Positions 18,816 through 28,190 of a DNA stretch of 32,000 nucleotides are shown piece after piece. A program made the position numbers and the translations under genes. This stretch comes from Trichodesmium erythraeum IMS101 (GTDB taxonomy: Bacteria; Cyanobacteriota; Cyanobacteriia; Cyanobacteriales; Microcoleaceae): assembly GCF_000014265.1 (NCBI RefSeq), contig NC_008312.1:5940001-5972000 (forward strand). The letters are read 5' to 3'. Below the pieces are notes generated by a model that was given only the letters and a program-made list of their open reading frames with translations, did no database searches and had not been told where the DNA came from. Positions within the stretch are counted from its first letter, which is position 1, and each line of letters starts with the position of its first letter.

Positions 18816-19009
18816 AAAATGTAAATTTACCTCAAATCAACTGTGTGGAGAAGCTTGGAGTAAGTAAATAAATCTTAATATAGCTCAGTTTTTTTTCATG
18901 CCTACCTACTTATCACAATTAGGAGAATGTCAATTCCCCTAGAAATAAGTAGTGAAATTAGGCAAGTAGATATTTTTTTCACCATCAACTCAACCAAAAA
19001 CTTTACCAT

Positions 19010-19196
19010 CTAAGTGCTCAAGATCTACTGCTTCATTATCGCCAGGCGACAAATGTCACCAAATGTACCCATTACCAAATAATTTGGTTATTAATGACAG
19101 GAAAAACACCATTAAAAGTGGCCCATGTTAATGGTTACAGTAAAACTTGGATTTATCAGTTAGTCAAAGGTAGTTTGCGAGCCTAGCTGCCACACT
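19010..19196 (+). pseudogene. Isolated transposase HTH fragment (IS630-like N-terminus)
   Basis: Frame translation gives LSAQDLLLHYRQATNVTKCTHYQIIWLLMTGKTPLKVAHVNGYSKTWIYQLVKG then a stop. This is the pattern of a transposase N-terminal HTH (..YR......R.QIIWLL..G.....VA...GYS...I..L). No catalytic domain follows. Confidence 0.4.
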
Positions 19197-19353
19197 TGCT
19201 CCACCAACGCCATCTTTTTGGCCATAAAGTTTGAATAGTTCTACTGTAATGATTCTGGTTTTATGATAAGTGATCATCCAAACATGATATAAGGTATTTC
19301 ATATAAGATATTTGATCACTTGAGAGTGCAAAGCTCTCCTAAAAAAAAATTTT

Positions 19354-19483
19354 GGCTTTAAAGGCTGAAAGTATTATAGGAATTTACTTACAGCATTTAT
19401 AGTTGTTTTGACAAAGTTTCTAATCTTGAGATGGCCGTAAGGTAAAGCTCGCGATAGTTTTTCCTAAACTTCCCACTATCTAG
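19354..19483 (+). repeat. Dispersed ~130-nt repeat, copy 2, in sense orientation 44 nt upstream of the symporter ATG
   Basis: GGCTTTAAAGGCTGAAAGTATTATAGGAATTTACTTACAGCATTTATAGTTGTTTTGACAAAGTTTCTAATCTTGAGATGGCCGTAAGG...CTTCCCACTATCTAG. It aligns collinearly with copy 1. Confidence 0.85.
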
Positions 19484-19526
19484 TTTATTAGATTGGAGCA
19501 GATTAAAAAAGTAACGAAATGAATTT

Positions 19527-20936
19527 ATGAATAATCATTCTATCCAAACCGAAAAACTTAATTTTTGGACAAAATTAGCTTATGGTGCTGGTGATTTCGG
19601 TCCTGCTATTTGTGCTAATATCCAGTTATTTTTCTTATTGCCTTTTTTCACTAACGTTGTTGGTTTACCTGCTGATATCGCAGGTAGTATTTTGATGATT
19701 GGAAAAATTTCTGATGCTGTTAATGACCCTATAATTGGAGTGATGAGTGATCGCACTGTTCATCCTTGGGGAAGGCGTTATCCTTGGATGGTTTTTGGAG
19801 CTATTCCTTTTGGAGTTTTGTTCTGTTTGCAATGGATAGTTCCTAGTACAAATCAGTCTTTTTTATTTTGGTATTATGTAGTGATAGCGGTTTTATTTAA
19901 TATTGCTTATACTGTTGTTAATTTGCCCTACGCTGCCCTAACTCCAGAACTAACGCAAGATTTCGATGAACGTACTAGTTTAAATAGTTTTAGATTTGCA
20001 TTTTCTATTGGTGGTAGTATTCTTTCTTTGGTTATTGTTAAATTGATTTTTTCTCTTTTTCAGGATAATCCTATTCAAAAATATTTCTTGGTTGGCTTGG
20101 TCTGTGCTATAATTTCTGTTTTACCTATTTATTGGTGTTTTTTTGGTACCCGCGATCGCGCACTTTCTCATAATGGAAAACAGAAAGAAGATAATAATAC
20201 AAATTTACCAATTGTTGAACAAATTCGTGTAGCTTTTAGTAATCGTCCATTTCTATTTGTGATCGGAATTTATCTGTGTTCTTGGTTAGCAGTACAATTA
20301 ACAAGTTCAGTTTTGTATTACTTTGTAATAAATTGGATGCAGCTACCAGAAGTGACTCATCCCAATGTTGCGATCACTGTGCAAGGTACTGCTTTAATTA
20401 TGTTATTTTTCTGGAGTTTTGTTAGTAAAAAGGTAGGTAAAAAAGCAGTTTATTTTATGGGTATTTGTTTATGGATAATTGCTCAGTGTGGATTATTTTT
20501 TATCCAACCAGGACAAGTTGCTTTAATGTATTTTTTGGCAGTAATAGCAGGTTTTGGAGTATCAACTGCTTATTTAGTTCCTTGGTCAATGATACCAGAT
20601 GTTATTGATTTAGATGAGTTAAATACAGGGCAAAGAAGGGAAGGAATTTTTTATTCTTTTATGGTTTTTTTGCAAAAGCTAGGGTTAGCTATTGGGTTGT
20701 TTTTAGTAGGAGTAGCTTTAGATCTTGCTGGGTTTATTGAAACTATCCCTGGGGAAACTCCACCTATTCAACCAGAGTCAGCACTTATAGCAATTCGAGT
20801 AGCGATCGCTCCCTTACCTACTATATTTTTAATGCTTGGATTATTGTTAACTTATCTATATCCTATTACACGAGAAATACATAATGAAATATTGTTGAAA
20901 TTGGGGGAAAGAAAACAAAAAAGAGGTAAGACTTGA
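19527..20936 (+). CDS. GPH-family (glycoside-pentoside-hexuronide:cation symporter, MelB-like) MFS transporter
   Basis: 469 aa with about 12 predicted TM segments. The N-terminal GPH signature is present: KLAYGAGDFG...LLPFFTNVVGL...AGSILMIGKISDAVNDPIIGVMSDRT...WGRRYPWM. Confidence 0.8.
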   Translation: MNNHSIQTEKLNFWTKLAYGAGDFGPAICANIQLFFLLPFFTNVVGLPADIAGSILMIGKISDAVNDPIIGVMSDRTVHPWGRRYPWMVFGAIPFGVLFCLQWIVPSTNQSFLFWYYVVIAVLFNIAYTVVNLPYAALTPELTQDFDERTSLNSFRFAFSIGGSILSLVIVKLIFSLFQDNPIQKYFLVGLVCAIISVLPIYWCFFGTRDRALSHNGKQKEDNNTNLPIVEQIRVAFSNRPFLFVIGIYLCSWLAVQLTSSVLYYFVINWMQLPEVTHPNVAITVQGTALIMLFFWSFVSKKVGKKAVYFMGICLWIIAQCGLFFIQPGQVALMYFLAVIAGFGVSTAYLVPWSMIPDVIDLDELNTGQRREGIFYSFMVFLQKLGLAIGLFLVGVALDLAGFIETIPGETPPIQPESALIAIRVAIAPLPTIFLMLGLLLTYLYPITREIHNEILLKLGERKQKRGKT

Positions 20937-22298
20937 ATAAATGTTTTAGTTGGATATTTTAAATATTTAATAGTTTGACAAAGACTATAGAAATTAATAT
21001 ATAATGCCGATTAAAAGTTATCCGTTTTAGGGGTAGCTCTAGATTTGCTTCCTTTCACCCCTTTCGAGTCTCTGGAAACTTATAATATGATATTCGGATA
21101 TAGGAGTGCTTAAAAAATATATAATTTTTAGTATAGTTTGGATAATATCTATCTTATTGCTAGATCAATACTACTAGATTTAATCATAACTATTATGCCA
21201 TTTTTAATCAGTACTGTTACAGTATTTTATCCTTTTTATAGGAGTTTTGATATTAATACTGTAACGACTTTTTGAATTTGGTAATCGACATCCCCAATAA
21301 TAAAAAATCAAATTGACTATTAGTAAGAAGATGGAAATATACAGGGCTTTCCATTGTTATACGACCACGCGGGCAATATGCTCGCACAACAAAATTTTCA
21401 TAATATAGCCGATTATTTGCCCGAAATATGCTGTGTCTAAGCAAAGATCGAAAAGGTTTATTTATAAGAACTTTACTTTCTATTCCCTACTCTTGATATT
21501 TTTATATGAGAGCTTAATTAAAAAATTATTTATTTGTATAAAATCAATATTCTTTTTTAGCCAATTGATAAACTGATAATCTTCGCTTTTGTCTGTTTTT
21601 TTTATTAATTAATTCCGTTTCTATGTTGGCTTTTATTATATCTGGAGTTGTAGATAATAATATAGAATTATTATCATAATTAGGACGAGCTGATTAGGGA
21701 AAATTATTACAATAAAATACCTCTTTAGTTGAATCTTTTTATATAAAAATATACAAATTTTTCAAAAAAATTACTCCAAGAAACTAATAGCATTAATTTA
21801 TATTTGTAGTTTAAAGGCTAATCCTGAATATTTGATCAAAATAACTGTAATAGGGCAAGAAGGAACCAGAAATGTTGCCGAAATGAAGAAAATAGAGATA
21901 AAAATATCATAATTGAAAATATTATATATATTGTAGCATATGTTACTTTTAATTGGGTAAAAAATGCTAAAATTGTCATTCAATAACGATTAATACATTT
22001 ATTTAGTTAACTGATACTTTGAAAAACATCTGAATAGAGATAATAGGTATCAAATTTTTCTTGAAATCAAATTTCAAAAGAATGATATTTGATAAGTATA
22101 TCTTACTATTAAGTATCAACGCATTAAGTTAATAAGTCTATGGTTAGCTTATTTTGACATGTATTAGCATCAAACCAGCCGATAAAAGTATAAAAAAAAG
22201 TATAAAGTAAATACTTTTTTTTATTTATTATTAATTTTTTAGCTCCAATAATGTAGAGCACGGCGAACTTATTCATTTATTTACAAGAGGACTAAACT

Positions 22299-22739
22299 GT
22301 GAATTTTATTAAAACTAATCAACAGTTCTTAAAATTAGGATTATTGACGATGATTGTATTTCTTTCATCTATATTTTCATCTAAGGTTCTAGCATCTAGC
22401 AAAAATCTGGAGGGAAAGCGAAACACAACATTATTAACTAAATCTCATTCCAATAATAAGCGTATTTGTTCCCAACGTGGACTCAACTGGTCTGAGGTAA
22501 ATTATTTTGAATCAAAGAACTATTTTGCTAATATTTGTCGTCAACCAAATGGCAAATTAATGTTAATTGCTGGTAGAGTTTCGAATCCGAATCAAGTTTT
22601 AGAGTTGCCTGTAGAATTTAACAAAGGATATTTTGCGATTCATGGTAACAAAACTTTTATGGTGAGCGATGGCTCTTTGAGTATGGCAATTAATGGTCTA
22701 GTTGTACAGGAAGAACAAATTATCTATCAAGGAAAATAA
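22299..22739 (+). CDS. Hypothetical small secreted protein (signal peptide, no recognisable domain)
   Basis: 146-aa ORF with a GTG start 7 nt after AAGAGGA. The signal-peptide-like N-terminus is MNFIKTNQQFLKLGLLTMIVFLSSIFSSKVLA/SS. The C-terminal half is duplicated just downstream with mostly conservative amino-acid changes, which argues that it is a real coding sequence. Confidence 0.5.
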   Translation: MNFIKTNQQFLKLGLLTMIVFLSSIFSSKVLASSKNLEGKRNTTLLTKSHSNNKRICSQRGLNWSEVNYFESKNYFANICRQPNGKLMLIAGRVSNPNQVLELPVEFNKGYFAIHGNKTFMVSDGSLSMAINGLVVQEEQIIYQGK

Positions 22740-23170
22740 AAAATAAATAAGGGTAGTATTTACTGATAAAATACATCAAAAACTTAAAAATATATTTCTC
22801 TATATTTAGAGTATATGTATTTAAACTTGCTATATCAAAATTTAATTAAACTTGTCGTTAATCAAATGGCAAATTAATGTTAATTACTGGCAGAATTTAT
22901 AATCCGAATCAAGCTTTAGAGTTGCCTGTAGAATTTAACAAAGGATATTTTGAGGTTCATAATAATAGAACTTTTATAGTGAGTGATGGTTCTTTGAGTA
23001 TGACAATCAATGGTCTAGTTCTGAAGGCAGAATAAATTATCTATCAAGGAAAATAAATAAGGGCAGTATTTACTGACAAAATAATCAAAAACTTAGAAAT
23101 ATATTTCTCTAGGTTGACTAGATTTACAGTATGTATATTTAAGCTTGCTAGCTTACAATTTCATGAAAAT
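22535..23170 (+). repeat. Tandem segmental duplication, 2 x ~317 bp (3' half of the 22299 gene plus its 3' flank)
   Basis: TTGTCG occurs at 22535 and again at 22852, a 317-bp period. The copies are collinear through NGKLMLI[A/T]GR...LELPVEFNKGYF...VSDGSLSM.INGLV and on through the non-coding tail (ATAAATAAGGG.AGTATTTACTGA.AAAAT...ATATATTTCTCT...GCTTGCTA). Confidence 0.85.
22877..23035 (+). pseudogene. Truncated paralog of the 22299 gene (52 codons, no signal peptide)
   Basis: The second duplicate copy has TAA where copy A has CAA (CGT TAA versus CGT CAA). The remaining ORF is MLITGRIYNPNQALELPVEFNKGYFEVHNNRTFIVSDGSLSMTINGLVLKAE* and has no RBS. Confidence 0.45.
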
Positions 23171-23321
23171 TGTTGTTTTTATTATCAATAAATTCATCTG
23201 CTTCAAATCAACAATCTTTAGTTGATAATATTATAGTTTTGATAATTATTTAATGATAGCGATTTTTGGTATTGCGAGCATGATTCCCCATCTACATTAT
23301 ATCCCTAGATTATTCAATGAT

Positions 23322-23423
23322 ATCAAATCCGGTTATATAGTACATGTTTATAATGCTATAATTACTTCAATCTCTCCTGCTCCCCACCTCTAACCATACA
23401 ATAACTATTCAACCGGATTTGAT
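23322..23423. repeat. 102-bp element bounded by a perfect 13-bp inverted repeat
   Basis: ATCAAATCCGGTT (23322-23334) and AACCGGATTTGAT (23411-23423) enclose 76 bp that include a pyrimidine tract, CTCTCCTGCTCCCCACCTCT. Confidence 0.6.
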
Positions 23424-23775
23424 CTAAGAGAATTAACAATGACTTGAGAATTGCGATCACGATTTAGATTTAGTCACGCATATGGTATGATCATGAAATA
23501 ACTATTCTTTAAGCTTGAAAAAAAATATCCCAACAGCCTGAATATAGGTTTTATGTGTATAGCGATCCTCAGCATGATATTGTCCATAGTCTTACCATTT
23601 TTTGGTATGGGAGCTTGGGGTTAATGCTCAATGGGGGAGAGTTTCGGAGTTTATTTCTAGTTTTTGAATTTTGACAACCTTTTGATCAGATTGCTGCTAT
23701 ATTATACTGAGTATGAGGATGTCAATGAAGGCGACTATACCTGGTTGCTGACTGCTTTTGAATTTATCAAAAAAA

Positions 23776-24636
23776 ATGCGAGCTAAAATACGAGATACAG
23801 AAATCTATTTTGATATTGAAGGTGCTGCCCTAATTCCAGATGGTGATCGGATGCAAGAAAAACCTATTGCTTTTGTAATTCACGGCGGCCCTGGTGCAGA
23901 TCATACTTCTTATAAACCTACCTTTTCTCCTCTTAGTCAAAAATTACAATTAGTATATTTTGACCACCGGGGACAAGGGCGATCGGCAAGGGGGCTAAAA
24001 GAAAGTTATACCCTAGAAAATAATGTGGAAGATATGGAGGCATTACGTCAATATTTGGGCATAGAAAAAATTGTTCTTATTGGTACTTCTTACGGCGGAA
24101 TGGTTGCCCTTAGCTATGCAGTACGTTATCCAGAAAGTGTTCAATCTTTAATTGTCATTGCTACAGCTGCAAGTTATCGTTTTTTGGAATTGGCAAAAGT
24201 TAATCTAGCTAAAAAAGGAACAACAGAACAACAAGCGATCGCTCAACTTTTATGGGATGGTAAATTTGAAAATGAGGCACAACTCAAAGAATATTTTCAG
24301 GTGATGATGTCTATGTATTCAATTACCTATAAAGCAGAAACATCAGGGAAAAGTTGGAATGGAGCTATTTTATCTCCCGATGCTATTAATGTTGCCTTCG
24401 GTGGTTTTTTGCGTTCTTACAATGTACTCGATCAACTACATAAAATTACTGCTCCTACTTTAGTAATAGGGGGCAAACATGATTGGATCTGTCCCCCGGA
24501 ATTATCAGAACAAATTGCTGCAGCTATTCCTAATACAGATTTAAGAATCTTTGAAAACAGCGGTCATTTAATTCGGGTTGATGAACCAGAAGCACTTCTA
24601 GATGCAATTATGGTTTTTTTAGTGAACAAGGGATAA
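23776..24636 (+). CDS. Alpha/beta hydrolase, S33 prolyl-aminopeptidase-like family
   Basis: HGGPGADH motif, FDHRGQGRS, nucleophile elbow GTSYGG, and a C-terminal G.HD / SGH segment. The track starts at a TTG (23758). The first ATG (23776, MRAKIRDTEIYFD...) is preferred. Confidence 0.75.
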   Translation: MRAKIRDTEIYFDIEGAALIPDGDRMQEKPIAFVIHGGPGADHTSYKPTFSPLSQKLQLVYFDHRGQGRSARGLKESYTLENNVEDMEALRQYLGIEKIVLIGTSYGGMVALSYAVRYPESVQSLIVIATAASYRFLELAKVNLAKKGTTEQQAIAQLLWDGKFENEAQLKEYFQVMMSMYSITYKAETSGKSWNGAILSPDAINVAFGGFLRSYNVLDQLHKITAPTLVIGGKHDWICPPELSEQIAAAIPNTDLRIFENSGHLIRVDEPEALLDAIMVFLVNKG

Positions 24637-24761
24637 AATAGGAATTTCTTACAGACTAGCAATACTTAGATCAACTCTATCTGCTACATCAATAATGTTT
24701 CTTAGGTTATTATAGCAATTCTAAATCATTTGTAAAATTAGATAAAGTCTGAAAAATAGCT

Positions 24762-25700
24762 TCAGCCCCTGTTCCTTATGCCTTCTACATTAGCATATCG
24801 CAGCATATTCTCTGCACATTTATAATTATTGTAGCTCATGGTAATACTGATACTAGCAGTAATAAAGGGTTGATGAGTATCTAATGTTATAGATCTAGCG
24901 ATCGCTGTTTGTCTCCAACTTACGAAGCTGATAGCATAAAAGCCCTATTCCACTAAAGCGTTTCCTAGTCGTAAACAAGTTTTAATCTGTTTAGTAATTT
25001 TAACTAAAAATTTCTCCTCCATAGGGTTATTATGACTTTCATGAACAAGTTGTAATCAAGCTAAATTAACAATTAGAAAAGTAAACTTTTCAGATTTATT
25101 TCCTATTTCAGGGTTATATTTTATTTATACTTAATAATTTTATTTAAATTTATAATCAATGAATACTAGTATAGTTTTTCTTTTTGCTAATAATAATCTC
25201 TAAAATTAATAGCTTTTTAACATTACTTTGAAGACAAAATATTGACTTTATATTAACTTGATATTTTAAAAAATTAATGTTAGTAAAATTAACAAATTAT
25301 GTTGGGTATAACAAACTAGATAAAAGAGTTAAAATTCAGCATTCTCGGCAATTATGATAATTGTTTTTCCAAGAACAAAAAAACAATATTTATTATATTA
25401 AATTCTTACTCTGATTATCCGTTCTCAAGTAGGTATAGCTACTCTTTTATTTGCTCTTTTTCATCGACTGTTAGATGGTAGTAAGCAAGTAATAATAAAT
25501 TATAGTTATGAATAAGATCCCAAATAGCACCAATCTAATTTTCAATTAAGATAAGAAGAGATAGATTTGGTTTTTCGCACATTCCATGGATCTTATTTGC
25601 CATCAGGCATTATTCTATCGCCTAATGTCAAAAGTATTCCCTGTTTCTTTTGTCACTAGTTGATTTCGTTTACTAGTATGGAAGCCACAAAAATGAGATG
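24762..25700 (-). pseudogene. Decayed response-regulator diguanylate cyclase (REC-GGDEF) relic
   Basis: Minus-strand translation gives FLVKITKQIKTCLRLGNALVE*GFYAISF...ITASISITMSYNNYKCAENMLRYANVEGIRNRG*. This follows the GGDEF-domain layout (R..D..aR.GGDEF... vT.S.G.a... ..LL..AD.A.Y.AK..GRN) with the GGDEF motif destroyed. Around 25575-25630, LTLGDRIMPDGK*DPWNVRKTKS resembles the REC segment DL.LLD.MMP.MDG.EV.R.LK. The upper boundary is uncertain. Confidence 0.45.
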
Positions 25701-26134
25701 AAGAGAAATCATACAAATTTCAGAAACTTAAGCTAAACAGCTTTTTTACTTAATACATGGCTTGACTTAATAAGATTACTTAGTTAGGAAATTCTTGATT
25801 ATGATGTGTCATCATAATTAAGAAAATTGCTATTATTAAAGTACATAATTATATCGTTTTTAATGGGTATTAAAATGTAAAAAAAAAATTAATTAGGAAA
25901 TATATAAAACGAAAAAAATTATAGATACATATGAACAAGAAAAATCCCAGTATTAATAGTATATCTATAACTATTTTCTCCAATTGATAGATATTCCTTA
26001 ATCATAATAGATAATTCAAAGGTTTATAATTTTATTTATTAATTAATTATTCTAAATATCCTCAGCTATAAGTATCTAAAGCATTAGACATAATTATAGC
26101 ATTATTGCAACTTTAATAAGAATTTAATTTGATA

Positions 26135-27487
26135 TTAAGTCAATGTTTTCATACAGTTATTGTATACAATCTGGAAATATTCTTTATATAATGGACAACT
26201 AACTGTTGCTTTATTGTTAAATAAATTAATTAACCCCATACTGTTGAGCTTATAGGCAATAATTGGGTCTAAAAAAACGGGTTCAGCTGAGTGACAAACT
26301 GTTTGAAAAGCATTTGCTAATTCTGGGTTTTTTTTCAAAGCTAGCCAATGACGCTGTAAATGATGTCCATAAATCCCCGTTTGAGTTACGGAAGTTACTA
26401 ATAATTCCTTAAAAGTTATTTTTTTGTGGCTAACATAATAAAGTGCCAAATGAATTAAAGCAGGATGCCCCCTGACTAACTCTATCAATTGTTGAATTTC
26501 TTCATTATTTTGACTGTTTAATTGGTATTTTGTTACCAACTTTTTTACCTCTTCTTGACTAAAAAATTCTAACTCAATAGGTAATCCAATATTAAAAGGA
26601 GACTGTTCTAACTGAAGCGGAATATAAATCTCAGTACTATGAACAACGATTAAACGAAAATCTTGCCAAATAATATTTTTTTTGGCTTCTTCATAACAAG
26701 AACGTAATAAAGGTAAAAAATCTTCAGAAACTTTAGGATGTTCAAATACCTGATTAAGCTCATCTAAAGCTAAAACCAAAGGACTATCAATTTCTTCTAA
26801 AAGATACTCTTCAAAATAAATTGTCCAACTCATTTTACTACCAAGATCATCATCCCAATAGAGATCTAAATTTGGTTTTAATCCTAGTTCTCGAGCACAA
26901 TTAATACATAACCAGCGCAAGAATTGATTAATGTTTTTGAAGATATTTTGATCAGTTTTTTGTAAGTTTAAATTAACTGTTTTATAACCTAAGTTTTTTT
27001 GACAATCATTTAAAACTCTCAATAATAAAGAAGTTTTTCCCATTTCTTGAGGAGCTTTTATTCGCACCAACCCCCCTGGCTTACTAATTTCTTTAATAAT
27101 TTGTTGTTTTAGAGAAGGTTTTTCTAAATAAAAAGGAGAATTAAGAGGAATTGCCCCACAGGGATAACTAGGTAAATTAGTTAACTCTTCTAACTCTGGT
27201 GTTAATTGATCTTGTGCCGTAAAATGTGACTCTAATATGGCTCGACATCTTTTCTTAGTTACTCGTTTTCCTATCACCTCGGAAATTTTTCTATACAATT
27301 CTGGTGCAACTACATTAGCCACATAGAAAGAACTGTAACCTTCTTGTCGAGCTATTTCATGATATGTCTTTTTTTGCCAGACACCTTGTAAGACCAAGCC
27401 TTCGGCTTCATTGAGACAATTATTTTCTAGTTCGAGTAGTTGCTTATTGAGATTATATTTGATTTCCTCTAAATTCATAAAGTTCAT
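26135..27487 (-). CDS. HTH domain + AAA-like (AAA_35/STAND-type) P-loop ATPase
   Basis: 450 aa. The N-terminal ~90 aa form a LuxR/sigma-r4-like HTH (EAEGLVLQGVWQKKTYHEIARQEGYSSFYVANVVAPELYRKISEVIGKRVTKKRCRAILE). Next come Walker A (KAPQEMGKTSLL) and Walker B (LVLALDELNQV), followed by a helical C-terminal region. This architecture is common in multicellular cyanobacteria. Confidence 0.7.
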   Translation of the reverse strand: MNFMNLEEIKYNLNKQLLELENNCLNEAEGLVLQGVWQKKTYHEIARQEGYSSFYVANVVAPELYRKISEVIGKRVTKKRCRAILESHFTAQDQLTPELEELTNLPSYPCGAIPLNSPFYLEKPSLKQQIIKEISKPGGLVRIKAPQEMGKTSLLLRVLNDCQKNLGYKTVNLNLQKTDQNIFKNINQFLRWLCINCARELGLKPNLDLYWDDDLGSKMSWTIYFEEYLLEEIDSPLVLALDELNQVFEHPKVSEDFLPLLRSCYEEAKKNIIWQDFRLIVVHSTEIYIPLQLEQSPFNIGLPIELEFFSQEEVKKLVTKYQLNSQNNEEIQQLIELVRGHPALIHLALYYVSHKKITFKELLVTSVTQTGIYGHHLQRHWLALKKNPELANAFQTVCHSAEPVFLDPIIAYKLNSMGLINLFNNKATVSCPLYKEYFQIVYNNCMKTLT

Positions 27488-27537
27488 AGTAATAATATTT
27501 AGTTATTGATAGTACAAAGTTATGCTAAAAAAATATT

Positions 27538-27633
27538 TGCTTTAAAGGATGAAAGCTTTCTATAAAGTTGCTTACAGCATTTATAGTTGTTTTGAGAAAG
27601 CTTCTTACGATGAATTGTATTCTCTCTTAGCCT
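27538..27633 (+). repeat. Dispersed repeat, copy 3 (5' two-thirds only), 51 nt upstream of and antisense to the AAA-ATPase start
   Basis: TGCTTTAAAGGATGAAAGCTTTCTATAAAGTTGCTTACAGCATTTATAGTTGTTTTGAGAAAGCTTCT.... The core ACAGCATTTATAGTTGTTTTGAGAAAG is identical to copy 1. The 3' arm seen in copies 1 and 2 is absent or diverged. Confidence 0.75.
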
Positions 27634-27840
27634 CAAGACGTGCTTTTGAATAAGTGGAGAAATATTATTAGTATTACCTAATTATTAACATAAAAAAACA
27701 AAAAAATCAATTAAAAATACTAAAGAATATTAAAAAATAACATGGGTTAAAAACCTGTGCCTAGTTATTCAAGTAGAGGATAGATAACTCTTAGTAATTT
27801 GTCTAAAATAGTCATTAAGCCTCAGATTTTAAAGCCAATT

Positions 27841-28190
27841 TATATCAACAACTAAGTACAGAAAATATTTTTTTTCAGCATCAAGACCGGCTTTATTTAA
27901 TTAAATATTGGAAGAATTATTAATCAAATAGATATCTAAATTAGTAGATTTTAATAGAAAATAAAACTACATTTATGTTTTATTTCAGTATTATCAAAGT
28001 GCCACCTTCAGAAAGCTATTCAATAACATTAAAACGGTAATAAGTAGAAGATTAAGAAAATAATTTGAAGAACAAACTGACAATATTTACTGGAAAAATA
28101 TTCTGGGAAACAATTCTGATTTTATTGCTTCTTGTTGTAGAGCAACAATTTATACTTTAAAAAATTACATTGAATATCAAAAAAACAAGA
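27841..28190 (+). pseudogene. IS200/IS605 TnpA (Y1 HUH transposase) relic
   Basis: Broken frames give YQQLSTENIFFSASRPALF (compare YH.VF..KYRR..L), NYIYVLFQY (compare DHVHLL) and KTVISRRLRK (compare LKG.SSR.LRK). The C-terminal FIASCCRATIYTLKNYIEYQKN matches YFAGS.GGA.LE.LK.YIENQ. Confidence 0.4.

Noticed and set aside
21253-21983. Track ORFs 21253..21444 (-) and 21798..21983 (-), plus several 20-30-codon ORFs in the 20937-22298 gap
   Set aside because: They have AT-rich, low-complexity or Cys/Arg-odd composition, no RBS and no family resemblance. The slightly GC-richer patch at 21340-21430 contains a 7-bp inverted repeat (CGGGCAA/TTGCCCG), but nothing I can assign. It is left unannotated.
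22570-22590. tRNA T-arm-like string GGTAGAGTTTCGAATCCGAATC
   Set aside because: It is embedded in frame in the 22299..22739 CDS and repeated, diverged, in the duplicate. No acceptor or anticodon arms can be folded around it.
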